A stretch of DNA of 64,000 nucleotides from Squalus acanthias (lineage: Eukaryota). The first letter of the stretch is position 1; the number at the start of each line of letters is the position of its first letter. This document shows, piece by piece, positions 38,145 through 49,100 of the stretch. The position numbers and the translations under genes were made by a program. The stretch is from assembly GCA_030390025.1 (NCBI GenBank), contig CM059432.1:147376001-147440000 (forward strand), in the 5' to 3' direction. The notes beneath the pieces were generated by a model that did not search any database, was not told where the DNA came from, and was given only the letters and a program-made list of their open reading frames with translations.

Positions 38145-38545
38145 TTAGTATCTGTGGAGAGAACGGACCAGTCAATGTTTTGGGTGTGCAACTCTTCATA
38201 GGTGCATTGAAAACCATAACAAACTGAGCTTCTTCAAGCAGAATCAATTTTGCGAACTGTTAATGCTCCATCAAATATCAACTCCTCTGCTGGGGCCTGG
38301 TTGACAGTGTATACGCATAGTTAACTGTTGGCACTTTTAATGTTGGAGACCTGGGGCCTCATTTCACTGCCCTTCTATTTACTTCCATTCCCACTTCCAA
38401 ATTAAGTGCTTTGGGAGACCAGACCTGGGACTGATGACCAAAAATAAGGGAATGTGGCTTTGTGGGATTTAGTTTAAGTCAGCGGAAACTCATTAGACCC
38501 ACAAAAAGTCTGGCTATCCCGTGCAATTGGATCTACAGAGATACT

Positions 38546-41500
38546 GGGGGAAAAATTAATGCGCGCCAACAGAATTGGCGGTGTCACGGGCAACTCGAGT
38601 TAAGGGCTGCCGAAAATGGCCGCAGCTGAAACGTTGAAAACTTGACTCGGGGGTTGGCGATGTGGAGCGCAGCGCTAACTTACCGTGCAACGCACTCATG
38701 GTGGCGTTAATGGAGGCCTCCGACCCGAAGTTCCCGTCCACAGTCGGCGTTGCTGCTTGCTACAGACTGTGGGAGCGAGGCTGTGGAGTTCGCAAGGCAT
38801 TGTGGGCAATTAAAGGGGCTATGAATTAAAGGGGCAATGCATTCAGAACTAATAAAAATTAAAATCAATTGAAAACATGCATTTTTCAGCCTTTACTGAC
38901 TTCACCTGATGAAGGAGCAGCGCTCCGAAAGTTTGTGATTTCAAATAAACCTGTTGGACTATAACCTGGTGTTGTGCGACTTTTCACATTTTTCAAAAAA
39001 TACATAAACGTTAAAAACAATTCCCAAATGGGAGTCTTCAGCTCTTAAAGCTGAATTGTCTTCCACACCTAAATGAATGGTAAAAGTGCTTCAGCACTGG
39101 CACAAATGGCTGTGCAGCCAGGGACGGAGCACCCAAGTCTGGCACGCAGCACTCCAGCTTTGTGCAGGGGGTCAACACTGGAAGAGAGGTCCTCTACCCA
39201 CGGAGGCCAGGAGGCCCTCCAGAAAGAACGATGTGGGACCAGGTCACCGAGGCCGTCACTGCCAGCAGTGTCGCCCCCACCACCTGGCTCCAGTGCCCAA
39301 AGAAGTTTCATGGCCTCAGACCACTGGTCAAAGTCAGTGTCTCATACCAACTTCATCACTAGCCTCACACACTGCTCAATGGACGACCACCACCCCCCCA
39401 CCATCACTCAACTACCAACAATCTGTATCAATCACGAGGCACACCTCCCATTCCTAGCCTCATCTCACCCCCTTGGAGGAGATGGTGCAGGCCATTCTTG
39501 GGGCATGGCTGAGCCCTTGGCCAGCGGCGGGGCTGAAAGATGCTGGTGTCCTCATACGTTATCCTCCTTCTGGCATGCACCTCTTGCTTTCCCGCCCTCC
39601 CCTCACCACAACTGCACCCTTGTGCCTTCCTCATTTCACACACCCAAGAAATGCAGCCTGCCCAGCCAGTGGGTGACCAAGAAGAGGGAGAGGAGAGTGA
39701 AGAAGAACAAGAAGAAGAAGATTGATTTAACACTGCCAGCTACCAGCTTCTCAAGGTCAGCGAGCAAGGCAGCAGCCTTCCACCAGCCATGCTGCAGCCA
39801 CTGGGGTAGCACTGCGTGATATCATTAGGATAGACAAAGGCACACACAAGACAGTCACTAAGAGAATGCATAAGGGTGATGAGTTGATTTCTTGATGTCA
39901 TATTGGATGGATAAATAGGAACATAGGAACATGAGTAGGCCATTCAGCCCCTTGAGCCTGTTCCGCCAGTCAATGAGATCATGGCTGATCTGCGACCTAA
40001 CCATGTCCCGTAATACCTTTGGTTCACAAAAATCTATCAATCTCAGATTTAAAATTAACAATTGATGTATAAAGTTGGATTGGAAAGTTTGCTTTGTGGT
40101 GACTTTTATTTCAGCATTGTGGCCAAGAGAACACTGTGATGGTCAGTAACAGAGGGAAGGGAAGGTGTGGGACAAATGTTTCAATGTAATGGAATGCTGG
40201 CCTTTAAATCTAGAGGACTAGAATACAAGGGGATAGAAGTTATGCTGCAGCTGTACAAAGCCCTGGTTAGTACTGTGAGCAGCTCTGGGCACCACACCTG
40301 AGGAAGGATATATCGGCCTTGGAGGGAGTGCAGAGTAGATTTACCAGAATGATACCCAGACTTCAAGGGTTAAATTATGAGGAGTGATTACACAAACTAG
40401 AGTTGTATTCCCTGGAATTTAGAAGGTTAAGGGGTGATTTGATCGAAGTTTTCAGGATATTAAGGGGAACAGATAGGGTAGATAGAGAGAAACTATTTCT
40501 GCTGGTTGGGGATTCTAGGACTAGGGGGCATTGTCTAAAAATTCGAGCCAGACTTTTCAGGAGTGAAATTAGGAAATACTTCGACACACAAAGGGTGGTA
40601 GAAGTTTGGAACTCTCTTTCGCAAAGGGCAATTGATGCTAGATCAATTGTTAATTTTAAATCTGAGATTGATAGATTTTTGTTAACCAAAAGTATTAAGG
40701 GATATGGGGCATAGGCGGGTATATGCAGTTAGGTCGAGAATTAGCCATGATCTCATCGAATGACGGAAGTGGCTCGAGGGGCTCAATGGCCTAATCCTGT
40801 TCCTATCTTCCTATCTTCCTAAAGGTAAATTGGGGTTGTGGTCACTGGGACTGTAGACAGATGATTCCATCCCGGATATCCCGGTCACAAAGGGGTTGTC
40901 TGGGATGCATCCTTCCGTCTGCTTCCTCCTCTTTGGCTTCCTCCTCTTCTGTGTCTTCCTCTTCCCTCTGTGAGCGGATGCTGTAAATCTGAAATGCCAG
41001 CATAAAATGCTGGAAATACTCAACAGCTCAGGCAGCATCTCGACCTGAGACATGAACTCTGTTTCTCTCTCCACGGACGTTGCCTGACCGGTTGAGTATT
41101 TGCAGCATTTTCTGTTTTTCGCAGAGTCCTTCATTTACCATCTGAGCCCTTGCAAGCATCCAGCAGCACTCCCTACACACTTAAAAAACTTTTAACATCT
41201 ATTGCAGCAAACCACTACTTCAATAAAATCAACAAAGAAATAGTCCAAAAGCTTAAATGCAAACTTACCTGAAAAATGTGTGTGTCCTTTTAAGAGGTGC
41301 TGACAGCGCCTCTGTCAGTCTCTTTACATGTTGGGTTTCCCTGGCATGGTTGTGACCCAGCACTGAACTCAGCACTGGGTCGAAGTTGGCTGTGGTGACT
41401 TTAAGTCGGCGTCGCACGCCGCCTGACATCACCAATCCGCCATTGTTTTTTTTTGCAGGGTCGCTACTACTTACTGGCAGCACGACAGAGAGGATAAAAT

Positions 41501-41610
41501 GGAGGACGCCGTGGGACCTGCCACCAGCTGCCGAAAGAGCAGCGGCCGCCGTCCTTTCGCTATTTTTTTTGCCGGTAACAGGTGGCGTTAAGCCCCCGAA
41601 TTTTTAGCCC
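38546..41610 (+). mobile_element. Internally deleted Harbinger with nested CR1 (39915-40062 -, 40185-40815 +) and Penelope-type fragments (38895-38990, 40980-41125)
   Basis: TIRs GGGGGAAAAATT / AATTTTTAGCCC. Myb motif MWDQVTEAVTASSVAPTTWLQCPKKF. Homologous to 6451-8381. Confidence 0.82.
38902..38938 (+). ncRNA. Minimal type I hammerhead ribozyme motif (Penelope-associated), core partly degenerate
   Basis: TCAC-CTGATGA-A-GGAGC..GCTCC-GAAAGTTT-GTGA; stem I TCAC/GTGA, stem II GGAGC/GCTCC. Confidence 0.65.
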
Positions 41611-42082
41611 ACAATACTTTATATTGGAGAGAGCCATCAATGGTGAGGATACTGTTCACCTGTCATCAATTGCACTCATTTAATGTAAAAGTGCCCATTG
41701 GAACGTATACATGTTATGAAGCAGCGACAGATACAAACGCATTGGCAACTTTTCGCTGGTTACCCCTTCGGTACTGCCCGTTTAACACAATACCTGTTAT
41801 CTAATGCGAACTAAATAATCTATATTTTTTGTGCCAAATCAAATCACTCTTGCAGTACACGGCACCTTTAAGGACAGTGATTCCCATTTGTACATCGAGC
41901 AGTTTGAGGAGATGCACCTTCCATCTGTGCCTCCATCTGGCTGGGTTGGGCAATCTCGTGCCCTGAAGCAAACTCCACTCATGTTTCAAAGGAACATCTT
42001 GCACTCTTTCAGCCTGGCTGATGAAATCTTTTTCCATTGGTGTAATGAACTGTCTCTGTGGACATCACACCAGATTAATTAC

Positions 42083-42161
42083 CTAAATGCTTGCATAGCT
42101 GATCGCTGCTGTCCAGTCTGTCATCTTGTGCTTCAGGTGACCACACACACTCTGTTGTCAT
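42083..42161 (-). CDS. PPP1R17: PPP1R17 (G-substrate), first coding exon; exon starts at 42186 including 5'UTR
   Basis: The minus strand reads MTTECVWSPEAQDDRLDSSDQLCKHL+G, resembling the mammalian N-terminus MSTEQMQPLELSEDRLDKLDPRCSHL. Acceptor TTCTGTTTTGTCGCAG ends at 42187, the start is GCCATG, and the phase-1 donor is TTAG|GTAATT. Confidence 0.9.
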
Positions 42162-42569
42162 GGCGATTTAGATTTTTTTTTTAAATCTGCGACAAAACAG
42201 AATAATAAGCAGGCAGTAAAAATGGAAATTTTATAGTCAACTCAGTTTTTAAAGGAGAATGTAAATGTATTTACATTTTAAAATAATATTCCAGTCCAGG
42301 AAATGGGGTAAGATTAATCCAAATTACACAAACCATGACATATCCACGCCTGCACTGTGAATATTACATATTTAAATACAATGTAGTCTCCTTGTATGTG
42401 ACGAGTACTGATTAGTTTCACTACTTGTCCTTACTTCCCTTGGATACAAAAGTGAACAATATACTAAATCAGCAAGAAATTAGCCCCGATTAAAGATATT
42501 CAAAATCTCATAAGTGGATTTGACTCTTTGATTGCTTGAGAATAATAAAGTGACCATCACCGGAACAAA

Positions 42570-43575
42570 TGCCAGTCTTCAGCCAATTTGATTCACTCAA
42601 CGTGACACTAAGAAATGGCTGAGTGCACTGGACACAGCAAAGGCTATGGGCTCCAACACAATCCCAACTGTACTGTTAAAGACCTGTGCTACTAGCCACA
42701 CCTCCAGCCAAGCTATTCCAGTAGAGCTACAACACTGGCATCTACACAACAATGTGGGAAATTTCCCAAGTATGTTCTGCCCACAAAAAGCAGGACAAAT
42801 CCAATCTGACCAATTAACACCTGCTCCCAATCATGAACAAACTGATGGAAGGAGCCGTCGACAGCGCTTCAAGCGGCACTTACTCACAACAACCTGCTCA
42901 CCGATGCTCAATTTGGGTTCCGCAAAGGCCACTCAGCTCCAGACCTCATTATAGCCTTGATCCAAATATGGACAAAAGAGCGGAATTCCAGAGGTGATGT
43001 TAGAGTAACATCCCTTGACATTAAAGCAGCATGTCTCCAAGACCGGCACCAAGGAGCCCTATGAAAACTGAAGTCAATGGGGATCAAAGGGAAGTCACTC
43101 CAGTGGCTCCTCCCGCTGCAGGAGTTCATCGGGGCAGCGTCCGAGGCCCAACTATTTTCCACTGCTTCATCAACGAGCTCCTCACCATCATAGGGTCAGA
43201 AGTGTGACTGTTCGCTGATGATTGCACAGTGTTCCGCTACATTTGCAATTGCTCAGATAATGCAGCAGTCCCTACCCGCATGCAGCAAGACCTGGACAAT
43301 ATCCAGGCTTGGACTGATAAGTGGCAAGTAACATTCGCACCATGCAAGTGGCAGGCAATGGCCACCTCCAAGAAGAGAGAGCCTAACCAACTTCCCTTGA
43401 CATTCAAAGGTATTACCATCGCCGAATTCTCCACTATCAACATCCTAGGGGTCATCATTACCAGAAATTGAACTGGACCAGTCATATAAATGCCATGGCT
43501 ATTAGAGCAGGTCAGAGGCTGGGTATTCTGTGGTGAGTGGCTCACCTCCTGACTCCCCAAAGCCTCCCCACTACC
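42570..43575 (+). mobile_element. Old LINE RT fragment, probably CR1 clade
   Basis: Frameshifted motifs KAMG..IP..LLKTCA, QFGFRKGHSAPDLI, DIKAA, LFADDCT, WTDKWQVTFAP. Confidence 0.8.
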
Positions 43576-45110
43576 TATTATTCACAAAAGAGAGGGACGA
43601 TGCAGACATTGTAGTTAAGGAGGAGGAGTGTGAAATATTAGATGAGATAAAACATAGCGAGACAGGAAGTATTAAGGGGTCTAGCACCTTTGATGAGGGT
43701 AGTGTGCTTGATATTGTCTACATGGATTTTAGCAAGGCTTTTGACAAGGTCCCACGTGGCAGACTGGTAAGTAAAAGCCCAAGGGATCCAAGGGAAAGTG
43801 GCAAGTTGGATCCAAAATTGGCTCAGGGGCAGGAAGCAACAGTGGCAGGAAGCAAAGGGTAATGGTCGACAGGTGCTTTTGCGACTGGAAGGCTGTTTCG
43901 AGTGGGGTTCCACAGGGCTCAGTACTGGGTCCCTTGCTTTTTGTAGTATATATCAATGAGTTAGACTTCAATGTGGGGGGCATGATTAAGAAGTGTGCAG
44001 ATGATACAAAAATTGGCCGTGTGGTTGATAGTGAGGAAGAAAACTGTAGACTGCAGGAAGATATCAATGGGCTGGTCAGGTCGGCAGAAAAGTGGCAAAT
44101 GGAATTCAATCCGGAGAAGTGTGAGGTAATGCATTTGGGGAGGGCTAACAAGGCAAGGGAATACACTATAAATGGTAGGACACTGAGAAGTGTAGAGGAA
44201 TAGAGGGGCCTTGGAGTGCATGACCACAGATAAACAACAACAACTTGTATTTATATAGCGCCTTTAACGTAGTAAAACATCCCAAGGCGCTTCACAGGAG
44301 CGTTATAAGACAAAGAATTTGACACCGAGCCACATAAGGAGAAATTAGGGCAGGTGACCAAAAGCTTGGTCAAAGAGGTAGGTTTTAAGGAGTGTCTTAA
44401 AGGAGGAAAGAGAGGTAGCGAGGCGGAGATGTTTAGGCAGGGAATTCCAGAGATTAGGGCCTAGGCAACAGAAGGCACGGTCACCAATGGTTGAGCGATT
44501 ATAATCAGGGATGCTCAAGAGGGCAGAATTAGAGGAGTGCAGATATCTCAGGGGGTTGTGGGGCTGGAGGGGATTACAGAGATAGGGAGGGGCGAGGCCA
44601 TGGAGGGATTTGAAAACAAGGATGAGAATTTTGAAATTGAGGCATTGCTTAACCGGGAGCCAATGTAGGTCAGCGAGCACAGGGGTGATGGGCGAACGGG
44701 ACTTGGTGCGAGTTAGGACACAGGCATCGAGTTTTGGATAACCTCAAGTTTATGTAGGGTAGAACATGGGAGGCCAGCCAGGAGTGTGTTGGAATAGTCA
44801 AGTCTAGAGGTAACAAAGGCATGGATGAGGGTTTCAGCAGCGGATGAGCTGAGGCAAGGGTGGAGATGTGGTCAAATATGACATCAAGGTTGCGAACAGT
44901 GTGGTTTAGCCTCAGACAGATGTTAGGGAGAGGGATGGAGACAATGGCTGGGGAACGGAGTTTGTGGTGGGGACCGAAAACATTGGCTTTGGTCTTCCCA
45001 ATATTTAATTGATATATTTAATCAGATCCCTGAAGGTAGCAGGACAGGCAGATAAAGTGGTTAAGAAGGCATACGGGATACTTTCCTTTAGTAGCTGAGG
45101 CATAGAATAT
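43576..45110 (+). mobile_element. CR1 RT fragment interrupted by an L2 at 44233-45010
   Basis: VYMDFSKAFDKVP, SGVPQGSVLGPLLF, ADDTKIG; resumes at ~45022. Confidence 0.88.
44233..45010 (-). mobile_element. L2-clade LINE 3' fragment with a single copy of the 36-mer
   Basis: LADLHWLPV..FKILILVFKSLHGLAPPYL...GDRAF...WNSLP...FKTLLKTYLF; (TTG)n tail. Confidence 0.9.
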
Positions 45111-45112
45111 AA

Positions 45113-45380
45113 AAGGAAAGAAAGACTTGCATTTATATAGCGCCTTTCACGACCACCGGACATCTCAAAGCGCTTTACAGACAATGAAGTACTTTTGAAG
45201 TGCAGTCACTGTTGTAATGTGGGAAACGCGGCAGCCAATTTGCTCACAGCAAGCTCCCACAAACAGCAATGTGATAATGACCTGTTTTTGTTATATTGGT
45301 TGAGGGATAAATATTGGCCAAGACACCAGGGATAACTCCCCTACTCTTCTTCGAAATAGTGCCATGGGATCTTTTACGTC
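45113..45380 (-). mobile_element. Deu-SINE 3' half
   Basis: Reverse complement of 11125-11400. Confidence 0.88.
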
Positions 45381-45660
45381 CACTATTTAGGACTGAGATG
45401 AGGAGAAAGTTCTTCACTCAGAGGGTGGTGAATCTTTGGAATTCTCTACCTCAGAGGGCTGTGGAGGCTCAGTCGTTGAGTATATTCAAGACAGAGGTCG
45501 ATAGATTTTTGGATATTAAGGGAATCAAGGGATATGGGGATAGTGCAGGAAAGTGGAGTTGAGGTAGCAGATCAGCCATGATCTTATTGAATGGCGGAGC
45601 AGGCTCGAGGGGCCGAATGGCCGACTCCTGCTCCTATTTCTTATGTTCTTATGTTCTTAT
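45381..45660 (+). mobile_element. CR1 3' end
   Basis: FRTEMRRKFFTQRVVNLWNSLPQ; (TTCTTATG)n tail. Confidence 0.9.
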
Positions 45661-45812
45661 AGTGCAAGGTTATAAATAACGCCCCTGAACTTCTCGGGCA
45701 CAGTTAGATCTAGGTCCTAGATTCTAGGTCAAGTGTTGGGGATTTCTATTGCAGAAGAGTATTATTTTTACTAATGAAGTCCATTTTATTGTGCCATAAC
45801 CATCTTTCCATA

Positions 45813-46006
45813 ATGAGAAGTCGCACAACACCAGGTTATAGTCCAACAGATTTATTTAATTTTACAAGCTTTCGGAGCAGTTCGCTCCTTCGTCAGGTAA
45901 GTTAGCAGTGAGAGAATCTCCCAGAATCTGTTGGACTATAACCTGGTGTTGTGCGACTTCTCATTTTTGTCCACCCCAGTCCAACGCCGGCATCTCCACA
46001 TCATGA
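45813..46006. mobile_element. Short fold-back Penelope-type element with a 12-bp TSD
   Basis: TSD CATCTTTCCATA at 45801-45812 and 46007-46018. Inverted arms ATGAGAAGTCGCACAACACCAGGTTATAGTCCAACAGATT and its reverse complement. Confidence 0.85.
45862..45900 (-). ncRNA. Minimal type I hammerhead ribozyme motif
   Basis: Minus strand TTAC-CTGACGA-A-GGAGC-GAACT-GCTCC-GAAAGCTT-GTAA. Confidence 0.75.
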
Positions 46007-46145
46007 CATCTTTCCATAGATTGAGACTCCTACTGCTGGCTTTCCTGACCGTCAGACGGCCAGGCTGTCAATCTGGCCGGCTGCCAGGCGGGAAACTGAA
46101 TTAAAAAATTAGAATAATGTCCAGCCATTAAATTTGGTGGGACAT

Positions 46146-49100
46146 CAACAACAACAACACATTGTATTTATATAGCGCCTTTAATGTAGTAAAACGTCCC
46201 AAGGCGCTTCACAGGAGCGATTATCAAACAAAAGTTGACACTGAGCCACGTAAGGAAATATTAGGACAGGTGACCAAAACCTTGGTCAAAGAGGCAGGTT
46301 TCAAGGAGCGTCTTAAAGGAGGGAAGAGAGGTAGCGAGACAGAAGGTTTAGGGAGGGAATTCCAGAGCTTAGGGCCTCGGCAGCTGAAGGCACGGCCACC
46401 AATGGTGGAGCGATTAAAATCAGGGGCGCACAAGAGGCTAGAATTGGAGGAGCGCAGAGAGAGGGAAGGGTGTGGGGCTGGAGGAGGTTACAGAGATAGG
46501 GAGGGGTGTGGGGCTGGAGGAGGTTACAGAGATAGGGAGGGGTGTGGGGCTGGAGGAGGTTACAGAGAGAGGGAGGGGTGTGGGGCTGGAGGAGGTTACA
46601 GAGAGAGGGAGGGGTGTGGGGCTGGAGGAGGTTACAGAGATAGGGAGGGGTGTGGGGCTGGAGGAGGTTACAGAGATAGGGAGGGGTGTAGGGCTGGAGG
46701 AGGTTACAGAGATAGGGAGGGGTGTGGGGCTGGAGGAGGTTACAGAGAGAGGGAGGGGTGTGGGGCTGCAGGAGTTTACAGAGATAGGGAGGGGTGTGGG
46801 GCTGGAGGAGGTTACAGAGAGAGGGAGGGGTGTGGGGCTGGAGGAGGTTACAGAGATAGGGAGGGGTGTGGGGCTGGAGGAGGTTACAGAGATAGGGAGG
46901 GGTGTGGGGCTGGAGGAGGTTACAGAGAGAGGGAGGGGTGTGGGGCTGCAGGAGTTTACAGAGATAGGGAGGGGTGTGGGGCTGGAGGAGGTTACAGAGA
47001 GAGGGAGGGGTGTGGGGCTGCAGGAGTTTACAGAGATAGGGAGGGGTGTGGGGCTGGAGGAGGTTACAGAGAGAGGGAGGGGTGTGGGGCTGGAGGAGGT
47101 TACAGAGATAGGGAGGGGTGTGGGGCTGGAGGAGGTTACAGAGATAGGGAGGGGTGTGGGGCTGGAGGAGGTTACAGAGAGAGGGAGGGGTGTGGGGCTG
47201 GAGGAGGTTACAGAGATAGGGAGGGGTGTGGGGCTGGAGGAGGTTACAGAGATAGGGAGGGGTGTGGGGCTGGAGGAGTTTACAGAGATAGGGAGGGGTG
47301 TAGGGCTGGAGGAGGTTACAGAGATAGGGAGGGTTGTAGGGGGCTGGAGGAGGTTACAGAGATAGGGAGGGGTGTGGGGCTGGAGGAGGTTACAGAGATA
47401 GGGAGGGGTGTGGGGCTGGAGGAGTTTACAGAGATAGGGAGGGGTGTAGGGCTGGAGGAGGTTACAGAGATAGGGAGGGGTGTAGGGGGCTGGAGGAGGT
47501 TACAGAGATAGGGAGGGGTGTAGGGCTGGAGGAGGTTACAGAGATAGGGAGGGTTGTAAGGGCTGGAGGAGGTTACAGAGATAGGGAGGGGTGTGGGGCT
47601 GGAGGAGGTTACAGAGATAGGGAGGGGTGTAGGACTGGAGGAGGTTACAGAGATAGGGAGGGGTGTGGGCATGGAGGAGGTTACAGAGATAGGGAGGGGT
47701 GTGGGGCTGGAGGAGATTACAGAGATAGGGAGGGGTGTGGGGCTGGAGGAGGTTACAGAGATAGGGAGGGGTGTGGGGCTGGAGGAGGTTACAGAGATAG
47801 GGAGGGGTGTGGGGCTGGAGGAGGTTACAGAGATAGGGAGGGGTGTGGGGCTGGAGGAGTTTACAGAGATAGGGAGGGGTGTAGGGCTGGAGGAGGTTAC
47901 AGTGATAGGGAGGGGTGTGGGGCTGGAGGAGGGACAGAGATAGGGAGGGGTGTGGGGCTGGAGGAGGGACAGAGATAGGGAGGGGTGTGGGGCTGGAGGA
48001 GGTTACAGAGATAGGGAGGGGTGTGGGGCTGGAGGAGGTTACAGCGATAGGGAGGGTTGTGGGGCTGGAGGAGGTTACAGAGATAGGGAGGGGTGTGGGG
48101 CTGGAGGAGGTTACAGAGAGAGGGAGGTTTGTAGGGCTGGAGGAGGTTACAGAGAGAGGGAGGTTTGTAGGGCTGGAGGAGGTTACAGAGAGAGGGAGGG
48201 GTGAGGGGCTGGAGGAGGTTACAGAGATAGGGAGGGGTGTGGGGCTGGAGGAGGTTACAGAGATAGGGAGGGGTGTGGGGTTGGAGGAGGTTACAGAGAT
48301 AGGGAGGGGTGTGGGGCTGGAGGAGTTTACAGAGATAGGGAGGGGTGTGGGGCTGGAGGAGTTTACAGAGATAGGGAGGGGTGTAGGGCTGGAGGAGGTT
48401 ACAGAGATAGGGAGGGTTGTAGGGGGCTGGAGGAGGTTACAGAGATAGGGAGGGGTGTGGGGCTGGAGGAGGTTACAGAGATAGGGAGGGGTGTGGGGCT
48501 GGAGGAGTTTACAGAGCTAGGGAGGTGTGTAGCGCTGGAGGAGGTTACAGAGATAGGGAGGGGTGTAGGGGGCTGGAGGAGGTTACAGAGATAGGGAGGG
48601 GTGTAGGGCTGGAGGAGGTTACAGAGATAGGGAGGGTTGTAGGGGCTAGAGGAGGTTACAGAGATAGGGAGGGGTGTGGGGCTGGAGGAGGTTACAGAGA
48701 TAGGGAGGGGTGTAGGACTGGAGGAGGTTACAGAGATAGGGAGGGGTGTGGGGCTGGAGGAGGTTACAGAGATAGGGAGGGGTGTGGGGCTGGAGGAGGT
48801 TACAGAGATAGGGAGGGGTGTCAGGGCTGGAGGAGGTTACAGAGATAGGGAGGGGTGTAGGGACTGGAGGAGTTTACAGAGATAGGCAGGTGTGGGGCTG
48901 GAGGAGTTTACAGAGATAGGGAGGGGTGTAGGGGCTGGAGGAGGTTACAGAGATAGGGAGGGGTGTAGGGGCTGGAGGAGGTTACAGAGATAGGGAGGGG
49001 TGTAGGGGCTGGAGGAGGTTACAGTGATAGGGAGGGGTGTGGGGCTGGAGGAGATTACAGAGATAGGGAGGGGTGTGGGGCTGGAGGAGGTTACAGAGAT

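Noticed and set aside
42010..42065. Minus-strand ATG giving MSTE..., like the human PPP1R17 start
   Set aside because: It stops after 18 codons and lies inside the intron just after the well-supported exon at 42083-42186.
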